From the IMG/VR virus record IMGVR_UViG_3300030419_006925, positions 1 through 64,000 of that record: 64,000 nucleotides of DNA. One strand, written 5' to 3'. The translations under genes and the position numbers were made by a program. The notes under the pieces were generated by a model that worked only from the letters and a program-made list of their open reading frames with translations, did no database searches and was not told where the DNA came from. This stretch comes from a virus. Position 1 is the first letter of the stretch. Each line of letters opens with the position of its first letter. Of this stretch, positions 7,975-19,186 are shown piece after piece.

Positions 7975-8521
7975 TTAGATCTCCTGCTTTTGCTACTACT
8001 ATGGCATCCGCCCGATCATATGATTCTGGCTTCGGATTACCAAATTTTGTATACTCTACATGAAATGCGGGCTCTATTTCAAGAAGGTGTTTTAAAACCA
8101 CTTCTTTTGCCTTCTGGCCGCGTTTCACCTTAATACCACAATGCTTGCGCGCAGATGTAGCTGCGATGTATTGTGGCTCAATTTCGAACATTTCATAAAT
8201 AAGCCACGAAACAACACCATTGAAAGTCATAAGTGTAGAAAGGGTCTTGGCTGAGGATTTACCTCTCATGAACATGTGCAGTGGTTGTTCGATATATATG
8301 TGTTTGATTGGGAATTTTGATTCACCCCATCCTCCGGTATCTTCTTGGTCTAGTTGGTAATTTTCAAACAAGTCTTCAATATATTCTTTTAAGACGGTCG
8401 CTTTTTTAAAAATACCCTCATGTTTTCTCAAATCGATGGAGCTATAGTGCAACAATTGGCCTTCTGCTGCCACCGCAAACCCAGTAATACTTGTCGAAAT
8501 ATCGATACCTAAAACCATCAA
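7949..8521 (-). CDS. RuvC-like Holliday junction resolvase
   Basis: RNase H-fold motifs LGIDIS..TG, IYIEQP and C-terminal DRADA. Confidence 0.85.
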   Translation of the reverse strand: MMVLGIDISTSITGFAVAAEGQLLHYSSIDLRKHEGIFKKATVLKEYIEDLFENYQLDQEDTGGWGESKFPIKHIYIEQPLHMFMRGKSSAKTLSTLMTFNGVVSWLIYEMFEIEPQYIAATSARKHCGIKVKRGQKAKEVVLKHLLEIEPAFHVEYTKFGNPKPESYDRADAIVVAKAGDLIEKSVELD

Positions 8522-9954
8522 ATATCCATTTTTAATTTAAATGTAAGATCTTGATCTTCTTTTTTCAAAACAGGATTGGCCAAAGTGGCAATCCCTATCA
8601 AGTTTTTGTTATCATCATACACCGCAATCTTTGAAATGTATACCTGTCTTTTAAAAGATGCGCTATGATCGCTATAACTGGAACTGACCGTGTTTTTGAT
8701 CATCCTTTTGCTGTTCTCTTCGTAAACATGGGAGGACGTGAACGCTAGTTGTTCTTGGTTGTAGGCTATGTACGTTGGATTGTTTGAATAATTAACCTTT
8801 CCTCTTGGTGCGTGTGCGTGCAGGGTCATAACTTGGGTTGTGGTTTCGCCCTCAAAAGATAATCCAAAGGAAGCCTTCTTGAAAATTGTGGGTCCGCCGG
8901 AACCAACATTATCTTCATTGACATCATCTCTAGCGCCGGCGCCCCAAAGTGTCCATTTTGGCTTTTGTGTGTCATTGGAGCTATTAGGTATCAGTGTTAC
9001 ACTCTTTGCTGAGTGCATTTCCCAAGAGCCAGTTAGAAGTATAAATCCCTCATTATATAGCACAACCCCCGCAACCGATCCGGATCCCAAACCAGATGGA
9101 GAGGATGGCGTAGCCTGTTGTTGTATCAGTTCCCCGTTTTTCTTGCTGTCCTTTAATTCAGCAATCAGTGAGCCAGTGTAGTACCACTGCAGGCTTACAG
9201 AGCCCGGGCGGATCCTTTTACCATAAAAAATTGAAGGAATGTGGATTAAGTTGAGTGTCTGTTGATCTTTATCCCAGCCATCTCCGTAACTTGAGGAAAC
9301 CAAATAGTGAGGGCTTATGCCCCCGTACAGATTGAGAATATTTCTCAATGACCAATAATTCATGTTGTGGCTGCAGCCGGCTGTGTCCTTGCATGCTGGG
9401 CCGGTCGCTCCTTCTGCATCGACATCAGATGACGCCGAAGGAGTTGTTATATATTCTCTTTTGATCGTCGCCCACTGCGGGTAGCTTCCAGTTAATATAT
9501 CCCCATATTGAAATTCATTATCATAAACTGTGCCGGAAATGGTAGAACCCATTTTCAAACTAATGCGCGAACTGTCCTTATGTACGTAAGGATAGATTGG
9601 CGGACGATTCGTGCCTCGGGCTGCGGCCTTGGCAGCGGTGGCCGCGGCGTCTGGCGAGGGTCGATTGGCAATATACATAGTTGAGGCCGCTCCGCCGCGG
9701 GTGCCGAGGTCGGCGCGATCTACTTTAGAATACGTAGGGACATCAATGTTATATTCATACAGGCTGATGAAACCAGATGATGCACTATAGCCAGCGTCTA
9801 GATCCCCCAAGACATTCTTGGCAAACGCGGCAGAACTGGACCCCGGCTGATTGTTATAATATATCTTACTATCATAAATGAAGAACTCACTCCGAGGGTA
9901 AGTCTTCATGGTGTTTATATTAACATCATTTTTGCCAAACTTGCGGTAAGGCAT
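8518..9954 (-). CDS. Virion structural protein (baseplate/tail-fibre attachment-like C-terminus)
   Basis: C-terminal VYISKIAVYDDNKNLIGIATLANPVLKK...KLKMDI; paralog of 9957..11072; rich in TGS/SSS/SAS. Confidence 0.65.
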   Translation of the reverse strand: MPYRKFGKNDVNINTMKTYPRSEFFIYDSKIYYNNQPGSSSAAFAKNVLGDLDAGYSASSGFISLYEYNIDVPTYSKVDRADLGTRGGAASTMYIANRPSPDAAATAAKAAARGTNRPPIYPYVHKDSSRISLKMGSTISGTVYDNEFQYGDILTGSYPQWATIKREYITTPSASSDVDAEGATGPACKDTAGCSHNMNYWSLRNILNLYGGISPHYLVSSSYGDGWDKDQQTLNLIHIPSIFYGKRIRPGSVSLQWYYTGSLIAELKDSKKNGELIQQQATPSSPSGLGSGSVAGVVLYNEGFILLTGSWEMHSAKSVTLIPNSSNDTQKPKWTLWGAGARDDVNEDNVGSGGPTIFKKASFGLSFEGETTTQVMTLHAHAPRGKVNYSNNPTYIAYNQEQLAFTSSHVYEENSKRMIKNTVSSSYSDHSASFKRQVYISKIAVYDDNKNLIGIATLANPVLKKEDQDLTFKLKMDI

Positions 9955-9956
9955 TT

Positions 9957-11072
9957 TTAATAATCCAATCGAACTCTAATCGCTAATTCGTTATCCACGC
10001 TCTTCTTGAGGGGTTCTGACAATTTAGCAATTGCCAACAATTCGTTCTGAGCATTATATAGTCCAACCGTTGTCACATACGATACGGGATTGTCCGAGGC
10101 TACATTCTTAACTCTGATCTTGGAGCCCGAAAGATATGTCGGGTTTGAACTATAGTTGAACGCGTTGTATCCAGCGCGACACGTAAACAAGGTTGAATTA
10201 ATTTGGGTTGTGTTGTTGAATGAGATGTTGTGAATTCTATGTCGCAAGGCGTCACAACTTCCGCTGATGGAGCCTGTGAACAACGCTTGATGAACATTGT
10301 ATGTGTTGCCGTCAATGCCGGGGCCCCAGAATGTCGAACAGGTGGTTGGCTGGTTGTTTGATGCGCCGGGTGCTCTGTCGCCCATTGGGAATACCGCAGA
10401 CGCGGAAAGCACACAAATTCCTGCTTGGTAGAAAATTACTCCATAGCCCGAACCGGTTGCTGACGTGTTGTCGTAGAGTACGCCGTAATCACCACCATTC
10501 GTAGTGTTGATCCCTGTACCATCGACACGGGCTGCGGAATCTTGCAGTGTCAAAGTGTTTCCGCCATGAACTGCTGTGTCCCATGAGCCGGAAGAGATGG
10601 TTATACTAAAGGTATTTTTCTTGATTTCGTCCTTGACGAGAAGTCTGGAGAAATCGATGAAAAAGCACTCCTTCATTGTTCCAACTTGATCTAAAACTAA
10701 GTCGTTCTCGAATGCTCTAAGGGTGGAAGTTGAACTGGTTGTGGAGCCAGTGAATCCTAAAAGAACCTGTGCATGCAAGTTGTACATGTTGATTTTCTTT
10801 GCATTTTGGGTGGCTGTCGATGAAGAAAGCGGAGAACCCGCGGAATACCCACAAGAAAGATCGAAAATATGGTTCGCGGACGAACTTAAAACAGGATAGT
10901 CATATACCGACTGGAACATCCCGTGTGTGTAATTTTTGATATTGTTTTCGTTTGGGAACGTTCCGTATGTTGCAGTTAAGATTGTTCCAGTGATTGGAAT
11001 AACCTCATGCAAAAAAGTTCTCGTTGTTGTTACATCTGATGCCGGGTTAATTGGCTGATAGCTACGTGGCAT
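9957..11072 (-). CDS. Virion structural protein (paralog of 8518..9954)
   Basis: Shared G.I/VFY..G, NYS.NPTY and YVTTVGLYNAQNELLAIAKLSEPLKK...RLDY motifs. Confidence 0.65.
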   Translation of the reverse strand: MPRSYQPINPASDVTTTRTFLHEVIPITGTILTATYGTFPNENNIKNYTHGMFQSVYDYPVLSSSANHIFDLSCGYSAGSPLSSSTATQNAKKINMYNLHAQVLLGFTGSTTSSTSTLRAFENDLVLDQVGTMKECFFIDFSRLLVKDEIKKNTFSITISSGSWDTAVHGGNTLTLQDSAARVDGTGINTTNGGDYGVLYDNTSATGSGYGVIFYQAGICVLSASAVFPMGDRAPGASNNQPTTCSTFWGPGIDGNTYNVHQALFTGSISGSCDALRHRIHNISFNNTTQINSTLFTCRAGYNAFNYSSNPTYLSGSKIRVKNVASDNPVSYVTTVGLYNAQNELLAIAKLSEPLKKSVDNELAIRVRLDY

Positions 11073-11095
11073 ATATATTCTCCGTTAAATTTTTA

Positions 11096-12079
11096 TTATG
11101 CATTCTTCTTGAACACTCTTATTGGGATTTCCATTTGTACTCCGGTTTTTGTTCCGGTGATTTTCACCATTGTATCAATTGACTTACCTGCGACTCCGGA
11201 AATGGTTCTACTAGTGCCGTATCTACTGAATAAGTCGTCAGTTACTAAAGTCGTATCGAAATTCAAAGCGGTAACCGTTGCCCGGGGTCCAAGAATGTTT
11301 GATGTCGCAGTATCAAGTCGGGCATCCGTAAGTCTTCTGACTACTAGATTTGGAACTCCTCTGATTGCGCTCATTACGTGGTTTCGATAAGACTTGTCGG
11401 TGCCGCCGGGACCTACTCCCCTTAATTTCAGGGCGACGATAGCTTCACCATCACCACCGTTGTTGTTAAATACGGCGCCCGGAGCGGGTTCTAAGACTCT
11501 CGAAATAAATCTGTTGTCGTATGATACATGAAATGTCTTATCTCTCAATCCCTGAGCAACTATGTAATTGGCAACATTCGCGGCTGTTCCGGCGATTTCT
11601 TCGGTATGGAGACCTGTTTCCAAAATGATTTTTGTTCCATTTCTTTCGCCGGCCCTAAGAACCTGCAGATCTCCGCCGGAGGACATGCCTCCAAAGGCTG
11701 TCACTAGCGCATCGGCGGTTACCCCGTCATGAACAGCCAAAATAAATATCCCATCCCTTGGGCGTGCAGCTTGGGTAACCTGATCGTTTCTAACCATCAT
11801 CGGAAGATAAAGGACTCCCGGGTTTGGAAGAGTAAGAAGTCCATAATTAATATTAGCATTAAATCCAGTATGGGCTTCGAATACTGGGGTCTGCATAATT
11901 TCTAAATCGTAGTATGCACTACCAGAGGCGTGATTCTTGTCATATAGATTATAGTTAATCTCATCATCGCCAAAACTATATTTGACAATCTGAAATTGTC
12001 CGTTTGCCATTCTTTTGCGGCCTTGTTCGGTCAAGACTGCATCTAGAATTATGTCACCTGAGTTGTCTAAGAGTGCCAT
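11096..12079 (-). CDS. Virion structural protein (baseplate/tail)
   Basis: N-terminal DAVLTEQGRKRMANGQFQIVKYSFGDDEINY; paralog of 12158..13261. Confidence 0.6.
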   Translation of the reverse strand: MALLDNSGDIILDAVLTEQGRKRMANGQFQIVKYSFGDDEINYNLYDKNHASGSAYYDLEIMQTPVFEAHTGFNANINYGLLTLPNPGVLYLPMMVRNDQVTQAARPRDGIFILAVHDGVTADALVTAFGGMSSGGDLQVLRAGERNGTKIILETGLHTEEIAGTAANVANYIVAQGLRDKTFHVSYDNRFISRVLEPAPGAVFNNNGGDGEAIVALKLRGVGPGGTDKSYRNHVMSAIRGVPNLVVRRLTDARLDTATSNILGPRATVTALNFDTTLVTDDLFSRYGTSRTISGVAGKSIDTMVKITGTKTGVQMEIPIRVFKKNA

Positions 12080-12099
12080 TTATTTTCCTCACTTGTAAA

Positions 12100-12107
12100 A
12101 TAATTAG
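12100..12107 (-). promoter_or_regulatory. Candidate late promoter CTAATTAT
   Basis: Intergenic, about 10 nt upstream of the GAGG RBS of 11096..12079. Confidence 0.4.
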
Positions 12108-12157
12108 TATTTTTTAATTAAAAGTAGTATAACACATTAAATATTTACTTGAAAGAT

Positions 12158-13261
12158 TTACGTGCCAGAATATCGAATTAATCTGATTGGAATCTGAATT
12201 TGTGAATTGGTGGTGGCGCCAACCACATATATAGCAGTATCTATATAATCAAATTTTGTTGAACCACCGAAAATTGTCTGATCAATATGACCAAATTCAG
12301 TGTACCTGAGATCTCTAGTGCCCGTTGAATTTATTTTTAGCTGGGGTGTCACTTTTATATTAAAGGCACCAACGGATCCTCGGGGTCCTCGGATATCCGA
12401 GAAAGCAACACTATGCTCGGAAGTTGCCGCGGTGAAGTCAGAAATCAGATTATCCGTAGTTTTAATTATAAATGTGGCGAAATCATCAAATTGATTCTCC
12501 AATGACACGGGAGGCATTTCCATCAAGCCATCAAGTTCTATTTGACTTTGGTTGCTCGGAAAATTCTGAAATTTAGCGTTCCTTGTTGACCCAAGAACCT
12601 TCGATACAAGCCGGTTGTCGGCATAAATAATAAAGTCCTGATCCAATAAAAATTTTTCTATTATATATCGACGTCGGTGGTCATAATTACCCGCCGGCGA
12701 GGAGAAGGTGACGCTGTCCGGTGGCACATCTATCCCGGTTTCGACTACAAATTTAATTTTTTCAGACTTATTTTCTTGTATAAATCTGAATCCTTTTGTA
12801 ATTCCTTCCTCGCTACTATCGCTGGCTAGTTGGTTTATTTTCTCGGTAGTTTCATCGTTTACTGAAACACAATAAACCGAACCAGTAAGAGACGGAGTCT
12901 GCTTGAGGCATTTATTTTGTTTCAGAATTGGCAGATAAGTCAAAAACGCATGTGGGTGTTCTGGGTTATAATCGGCGTGTTGCAGTTCTTCTCTTTTTAA
13001 ATATAAGATCCCTTTATCAAAAGAATTTAATCCATATTGTATATTCTTGTGTTCGTTTGTGCATGCTTCAAACATTTTAGAGTGTTTGAGGCCAGCGGTA
13101 TCACCTCTAGCAGAATCTGGGTCACAGAGAGTGTAGTCTATTTCGTCGTCGCCTAATGCAAACTTTGAAATTTTAAATGTTCCGCGGACCATATGCTTCC
13201 TTCCCTTTTCGGTCAAGGCTGCATCGATAACAATTGAGTCACTTGTGGTGATAAACGCCAT
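12158..13261 (-). CDS. Virion structural protein (paralog of 11096..12079)
   Basis: N-terminal DAALTEKGRKHMVRGTFKISKFALGDDEIDY; shared GPR, IDT and IPIR motifs near the C-terminus. Confidence 0.6.
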   Translation of the reverse strand: MAFITTSDSIVIDAALTEKGRKHMVRGTFKISKFALGDDEIDYTLCDPDSARGDTAGLKHSKMFEACTNEHKNIQYGLNSFDKGILYLKREELQHADYNPEHPHAFLTYLPILKQNKCLKQTPSLTGSVYCVSVNDETTEKINQLASDSSEEGITKGFRFIQENKSEKIKFVVETGIDVPPDSVTFSSPAGNYDHRRRYIIEKFLLDQDFIIYADNRLVSKVLGSTRNAKFQNFPSNQSQIELDGLMEMPPVSLENQFDDFATFIIKTTDNLISDFTAATSEHSVAFSDIRGPRGSVGAFNIKVTPQLKINSTGTRDLRYTEFGHIDQTIFGGSTKFDYIDTAIYVVGATTNSQIQIPIRLIRYSGT

Positions 13262-16200
13262 TTATGTCTCCTCGGTCCACGTCTCTGTCGAAGTGTAGTT
13301 TTCTGTTCTTAGATTAAAATTCACATTAATATCTAGTTTTTTGCCGGTTTTTTTGGATGTTAATCTTATTTTGAATTTTTTATCAAACAGTGTGTCTTCG
13401 CCAGAGTCGCCAATTATTACTTTATGTGCCTGCGTGGCGGCCGGCTTGGAATAATCAACATCCGTATCATTAATTAATATTTGAGATATGTTCGGTTCGA
13501 GTTGCATAACCTTCTTGAATGACGTTGAAACTCTAGTTAACGTGTTGTCGACAAAATCAGATTCCTCTATAGCATTAAATATAGAATACAAGTATCCCCC
13601 ATCATCTATCAACTGGCATTCTAAAACTTTGGATAGTTCCCCGGGCACACCATTTTCCGTCACAAATCTGAATAAATAATAGTATTTTTTATTCGGCTGT
13701 ATTTCATCAGCTATCATGTGATCTGCGTAGGTCAGTGCACTATCTTTAATTTTTAAATCAATTCTGCTAATCAGGTGATTGTTAAAATCATCGTAAGATG
13801 ATGGCTTCGAAGTGATCCTATACATTTCAATATATCTTGCTGGAGATTCTGAGAAGATGTCAATCACTTCAGTTGCCAAAAGATCTTTGGAATTTAAGTA
13901 GTTGCTTCGCAGGGTCCTGTCTTCTTCGCTTATGGTTATTGGATACATCTTATTGGGCTGAAAATCATCATGCATTACGTTAAATCCGATCTTTTTTGAA
14001 TTATCAAGAAACTGGAACGGTATGCTTGTTATTGTGTTTCCGGGGCTATCGTATATTCCTAATTTTTTACTGTACATCGGTATTTTGAAGATCTTAATGC
14101 AGGGCTCAATGTCTAAGTAAAAATCGGCCAGATGTGGAGTGGTGCTCAAGTCTACATTTTTAGTAGCAAATTCGTTTCGTTGCGAGAGGGCTGTGTATCT
14201 CGGAGATTCTGAGAGGATTTCGCGAACATCTCCAATATTGCTGCCCACATAACTCACATTAGCTAAAGAGAATTCGGTAGCAAAAAGCTGATCTGCTGAT
14301 TCCATATTTCTTGGGTCGTAGAACTGCACGCAATAATACTCAGGCACTCCATCCAAATTTTCATCGATGGTTCCGATCATTTTTGTTAATCTAAACTCGC
14401 GATAACGATATTTGTGACCCGTTACTGCAACATAGGCATAACAATCATATGTGTATTCTTTTCCGTACTTTACTTGGGTATCTTTATATTCTATATAGGG
14501 AGCGGCCAAGGATGAATTAAAGAACCAAAAATTTTGTAAATTTAATAACTCCGAACTTCCCTCTTGTGTGTTGCCTTCAAATTTTTCTATCTTATATGCC
14601 AAGACTTCTGCTTTTTTGTTTGCAGGATTAAAAAGATATCTTAATATCTGTTCAGACTGTGTGGTATATTGGGACAGTTGTTCTTCAAAATCACTGCCTT
14701 CCTCCATATCTAATCCGTCATGTGCCTCCGTCATGTCCACTCCCAATTCCATGTAGTCTCTCAAATATTGTAATGTTCCTTCCATGGTTTGTAGAATCTT
14801 CACGCTGTCATTATATCTATCCAGCGAATTGTCATAATAAGTTGATCTAAACTCGTTCATGTGACTTCGGCGCTCCGCGGTTTTGTCATAGCTGAGTTTC
14901 CATGCCCGTTTGCGGACCTCATATCCCGGGTAAAAATAATTTTTATTCAGCGCGTCGTCAAAATGATTATAAAGGTAGCTAAGAAACTCAAGATAATCAA
15001 AAGATTTTAATTTTATGTTAGAGAATTCACTCTGCACGTCGGACGCGATGTCCGAAAGGACGTGTCTCGTCTGTTTTACAAACGACTTCTCTGAATATTG
15101 TAAACCGGCTAGCGCGCCGTCATCAATGTCTTTTAGCATCTCCATGAATTTAGAAGAAAGGCCGTGATCCTCTATGATATCTCTTAGCGGAAGACCATCA
15201 GTTAAATTTAACTCGTTAGCGTTCCAATATTTTGGCTCGTCGGGCCTTCCGGTGACGTCGGAGTGGGTATTTTCATATCTTGGAAATTTTAGATTGATCT
15301 CATAAGGGTGTTGGAGTATATGCTGCGACTTGTTATTTATACTCTCCAAGGACGACTCATATGTGTCCTCATCTCCGCCCGGCATATTGAGGGTGCTGTA
15401 GATTATATTTTTATACATCTTTTTTATCACATTTTCCGTTGATGATGAGTGTATGTGATAAGGGAAGGCTCCAACCCACTCATTGTAGACGTCAGTATAG
15501 CCGTTGGTAAAGGCTGAGGCTCCGGGGCTCATGTAATACATGACACGGTTGAAGTATATATCTAATAGTTCGCGGGACTGATCCTCCAGTGCGGCAATGT
15601 CCCAGCCTATTAAATCATCCGATTCGGGCGCAATTGGCGATGGATCCATTTTACCATAACTTACAACTTCCCAATAACTATAAATATTTGGTATAAGCAA
15701 TTCGCTTCTTTCGGAAGACCAATCTTGGTATCTTTGTACATCCTCATTATAGTTGAAATATTTTGCTTGTATTTTGTACACGGCGGAGGCATCTGCAGCC
15801 GATGAATATATCTTTGTCTGCATGTTAGAATATGGCATCGGTATACTAAAAACTTGATCGTAAAACACGCGGTCGATATTCATTAAATTGTCAAAATTGT
15901 TTTCGCCAAACTTGCCGCCGGAGAAAAGCTCTTTCCAAAATTTGTCCCCTTTGGTGTTTTCTTCGTTCGCATAAAGCCTAACTGGCATTCTATAATTGGG
16001 AACAAGCGTGCGATCATTTATCGCTTTTATGAACACCGGATTTACTTCTATTTTTGAAATATATTTAGACTTGGACTCCAGCTTGTACGTTGTTATGCCT
16101 CTTATCGATTCGTCTGGGCCCTCGACGAAGATTTGGGGTGGCGCTAGCGTATACGTTGACACATAGGCTTCTGTTTCTATTTCCTCCAGATCGGGCTCTT

Positions 16201-16351
16201 CGGCTTTCCAGATCTGCCCCAATTCTTTTCTTAAAAGATCCTCGGTGCCTTCCACCACATCCGGACACAAATAAATACTGATTGGGTTTGTCCAAATATC
16301 AGTGTAGCTCCATGGAACCATGTCTGTAAAATCGTGGCCACTCCAAACCAT
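13262..16351 (-). CDS. Large hypothetical virion protein
   Basis: 1029 aa ORF in the structural block; DTQVKYGKEYTY and DEIQPNKKYYY resemble FN3-like strands. Confidence 0.55.
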   Translation of the reverse strand: MVWSGHDFTDMVPWSYTDIWTNPISIYLCPDVVEGTEDLLRKELGQIWKAEEPDLEEIETEAYVSTYTLAPPQIFVEGPDESIRGITTYKLESKSKYISKIEVNPVFIKAINDRTLVPNYRMPVRLYANEENTKGDKFWKELFSGGKFGENNFDNLMNIDRVFYDQVFSIPMPYSNMQTKIYSSAADASAVYKIQAKYFNYNEDVQRYQDWSSERSELLIPNIYSYWEVVSYGKMDPSPIAPESDDLIGWDIAALEDQSRELLDIYFNRVMYYMSPGASAFTNGYTDVYNEWVGAFPYHIHSSSTENVIKKMYKNIIYSTLNMPGGDEDTYESSLESINNKSQHILQHPYEINLKFPRYENTHSDVTGRPDEPKYWNANELNLTDGLPLRDIIEDHGLSSKFMEMLKDIDDGALAGLQYSEKSFVKQTRHVLSDIASDVQSEFSNIKLKSFDYLEFLSYLYNHFDDALNKNYFYPGYEVRKRAWKLSYDKTAERRSHMNEFRSTYYDNSLDRYNDSVKILQTMEGTLQYLRDYMELGVDMTEAHDGLDMEEGSDFEEQLSQYTTQSEQILRYLFNPANKKAEVLAYKIEKFEGNTQEGSSELLNLQNFWFFNSSLAAPYIEYKDTQVKYGKEYTYDCYAYVAVTGHKYRYREFRLTKMIGTIDENLDGVPEYYCVQFYDPRNMESADQLFATEFSLANVSYVGSNIGDVREILSESPRYTALSQRNEFATKNVDLSTTPHLADFYLDIEPCIKIFKIPMYSKKLGIYDSPGNTITSIPFQFLDNSKKIGFNVMHDDFQPNKMYPITISEEDRTLRSNYLNSKDLLATEVIDIFSESPARYIEMYRITSKPSSYDDFNNHLISRIDLKIKDSALTYADHMIADEIQPNKKYYYLFRFVTENGVPGELSKVLECQLIDDGGYLYSIFNAIEESDFVDNTLTRVSTSFKKVMQLEPNISQILINDTDVDYSKPAATQAHKVIIGDSGEDTLFDKKFKIRLTSKKTGKKLDINVNFNLRTENYTSTETWTEET

Positions 16352-16353
16352 TG

Positions 16354-18426
16354 TTAGTAATCCTCCACGGTGGGGGCGCCCGAATCGCCGAGGCCCTCTT
16401 CCTCAACCGCAGTTTCGGCCCCCAAGGTCGCCTCGTCGGCGGCGGCGCGCGCGCGGCGCTCAGCTTCCAGTGCCTCGCGAGCGGCTTTTTGAGACTCAGA
16501 AAGGGTTATAGAAGTGCCAGTATCATATTCATCTGCAATGCCTCTTTCGAACGACGATAAGTCAGCCATCCTAATTGGCTTGGATTTTTGCATTTTTGCC
16601 TTATGATCTCTTGGGTAAGGAAGAGTGGCGTCAACCAGTTCTTCAGCGGTGTGCATCAGCAAACTTACCCACATCCAGTGGCGGAAAGTTATCTCTCCGC
16701 CCGCCAGTGACTTGCGCGCGCTGTACAAATGGGCGGACTCCGTGGTTGTTGTAGCATCTTCAACCTCGGAAAGAGGCATTCGAAGGATATCCAACTCTTC
16801 CTTAAAAGGGGTCGCGCCCTCAGCGCTCCAGTCGAGCAGAGTGGCGCCTTCAGACTTCAGAAAGTCGTCCCAAAAGGTCCAGTCGGGGTTAGCCCATTTG
16901 AATCGAGTTGCTGTCTCTATATTAGCATTTCGGATGTGGGTTGGGAGCATCCCGCCGCCGCGGGCAGTGGCCATTAAGTAATCTGGCGAAGAATCTACCC
17001 AAGTTTCATACCAGCCCGAGGCGCCAAACATTGACCATATAGGGGTTCGGTTGGCCGCTACCATGAGGTCCGTTCCCACATATTTCGGAGTGTCACCGCC
17101 GTCAATGGGCGAACCATAAAAATCGTAATAGTTGTCAGGGTGCACATATCCAATTCGGAATTCTGTAATATGGTGAGGTTCTGAGCCATAGTGAACCGTC
17201 GATTCGCCGGTGTACTCCTGCACATCATCTGCTGTATCGGTGTACAGTCTTGGATAATCACCGTTCTTACCTCGATGATACGCCCACTTCCAAGCGCTAC
17301 CATCACCGAAGAACGGATATGGCCACGTTTCTCCGGAGTGGCCGATGTAGAAATTCGCATCTGTGGCGGCGTCGAACAACACGTTGTAAGTGTCATACCA
17401 GCTATCATCGGAATCCCGTATATAGTTCATATCGCCATACTCATCCATCATGAGCGTTTGGTAAACGTTGATCGGGGATAAATCCGATCCCCAATAAGCG
17501 GCCCGCATGTGGGTTGGGTGGAGCGAGAGGGATGCATCAACATATACCTGCTGGACTTTGCTATAATTGCGTACAGAAGAATTTATGTATCCGGGGGATA
17601 TGTGCGCATATCTGCTAAACCTGAAAGCGTTGTAATTCTCGGCAGATCTGAAGAAGTTAGACTTGATTTGCGCCGTACCTGCTTGGTCCGGAGTGTCCGT
17701 GCCGCCCGGGTGACATCGAGGAGTCGGAACGAAGGTGTAGGACGGCTCATCGCTCCCGGGGCGATCATCAAAGACTTCCCATTCATAACTATACCAGTGA
17801 CCAAAAGGGCATTCAGCGTCTAAAAATGGACCAGTGGCTGTGCAACGTGCAGCAGTGATCCCGGTATCCTCAATTAGATCTTGGGCATAGGCCCAAGAGT
17901 CGGGGTCTATGAACGTATTATATGGTAACTCTGCCAGAATAGTATAAAGATGGGTCATATAATACCCGTTACCCATAACCCGCTCGGAGGTTGTGGTGGG
18001 CCAGCCCAGGTTATTCATCCATTGGTACGCCCCTCTTTGCACATGAAACCATGGAGCATAACTTACATCTTCCCAATCGACCGGTTGAGGATCCAAGAGG
18101 GTAGAGTGAGCCGAGCCGGCGTAGCTCTTGTACACATTCCAGCCACCCGTGTCGTCTTCATAGAAGTGTTTACGCAAGGGTGCATCCGGGCCGTCATCAA
18201 CTAGATTTCCCTCATAATATCCCCACTGTCGAAGCCAAGAGGTGCCCAGTGAATGATTATCAGCGGCCCTTACTACTAGCGGCAGTGACCAGCCGAGAGC
18301 CATGGCTCCATCGGCCTCGATTGTAGTGAAGGTTGAACTAAAGATGTTATACTTTCCGGAAGAGCCGTGCCAACTTGGGGTAAAAGAGGCGCCCCACAAA
18401 GTGTCGTCGTCAGTATCGTCAGCCAT
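16354..18426 (-). CDS. Acidic Trp/Tyr-rich hypothetical protein (probable virion protein)
   Basis: ORF 16354..18447; likely start 18426 (TAATG overlap, GGAG RBS). Confidence 0.55.
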   Translation of the reverse strand: MADDTDDDTLWGASFTPSWHGSSGKYNIFSSTFTTIEADGAMALGWSLPLVVRAADNHSLGTSWLRQWGYYEGNLVDDGPDAPLRKHFYEDDTGGWNVYKSYAGSAHSTLLDPQPVDWEDVSYAPWFHVQRGAYQWMNNLGWPTTTSERVMGNGYYMTHLYTILAELPYNTFIDPDSWAYAQDLIEDTGITAARCTATGPFLDAECPFGHWYSYEWEVFDDRPGSDEPSYTFVPTPRCHPGGTDTPDQAGTAQIKSNFFRSAENYNAFRFSRYAHISPGYINSSVRNYSKVQQVYVDASLSLHPTHMRAAYWGSDLSPINVYQTLMMDEYGDMNYIRDSDDSWYDTYNVLFDAATDANFYIGHSGETWPYPFFGDGSAWKWAYHRGKNGDYPRLYTDTADDVQEYTGESTVHYGSEPHHITEFRIGYVHPDNYYDFYGSPIDGGDTPKYVGTDLMVAANRTPIWSMFGASGWYETWVDSSPDYLMATARGGGMLPTHIRNANIETATRFKWANPDWTFWDDFLKSEGATLLDWSAEGATPFKEELDILRMPLSEVEDATTTTESAHLYSARKSLAGGEITFRHWMWVSLLMHTAEELVDATLPYPRDHKAKMQKSKPIRMADLSSFERGIADEYDTGTSITLSESQKAAREALEAERRARAAADEATLGAETAVEEEGLGDSGAPTVEDY

Positions 18427-19169
18427 TAAATAAGCTCCTTGCTCCAAACTGGTTTTGTTCTATGGTTTAAATATTTTGAATGTTTATTTCTCTCATGAAA
18501 GACACATATTCCGGATGCTATCTGTATCATATCCGGCATGTTATATTGCTTTTCAAACGTGGACATTTGCTGCTGCATGCGCGGGCGAGCATCGTCCAAT
18601 TGATAAAACGGATCTGTCTGATCCGTGAAGCCCTTTGGTGTAATCAATTGTGGGGTTTTTGAATAGGTATCTTCAGTGATAAGTTGGGTGTTTCTAAATC
18701 TTATTTCTGCTGTTTGTGTACTGATTAGTGAAAAATCTTTGGTATAGTTCCTTTCTGCGTAGTCAAAATCGTTCAGTTGCGTACGCATAGACTTAACAGC
18801 AGTGAGGCCAAAACCATGCAAAGCATCATGCGCCAAAATATTTGTTCTTTTTTGTATAGGACCAATAGAATAGCCCAATGATTTCAATGCTTCTAGGCCG
18901 TTTGTTATTTTATGTCGATGAGGAGTAAGAAAAGGGCTGGCATGCGGCCTTGTTGAAGAAAATAACTGATTATATTGATTTTTTCTGCGGATCTGCATTA
19001 ACCTTCTTCTGTTTGTCGCGTGGTCTACGATGGGTGGAACCCAGTCCGTTCCTTTTGTTTTTTTCCTTTTGCCGCTATATCTTTCATGTGCGGTCTGCCT
19101 TTTGCTTTTTGTGCGATGGTCGTCTAATAGTTCTTGATTTTTTGGTATTTGATCTTTTGTGGGTGCCAT
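18426..19169 (-). CDS. Basic hypothetical protein
   Basis: ORF 18426..19184; likely start MAPTK at 19169 after GGAG; K/R-rich N-terminus. Confidence 0.6.
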   Translation of the reverse strand: MAPTKDQIPKNQELLDDHRTKSKRQTAHERYSGKRKKTKGTDWVPPIVDHATNRRRLMQIRRKNQYNQLFSSTRPHASPFLTPHRHKITNGLEALKSLGYSIGPIQKRTNILAHDALHGFGLTAVKSMRTQLNDFDYAERNYTKDFSLISTQTAEIRFRNTQLITEDTYSKTPQLITPKGFTDQTDPFYQLDDARPRMQQQMSTFEKQYNMPDMIQIASGICVFHERNKHSKYLNHRTKPVWSKELI

Positions 19170-19186
19170 TTTTTTATTCTCCAAAA

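Noticed and set aside
12126-12154. Possible sigma70 promoter TTTCAA-17-TATACT with TG extension
   Set aside because: The -35 match is poor and the region is AT-rich, so it may be chance; not listed as a feature.
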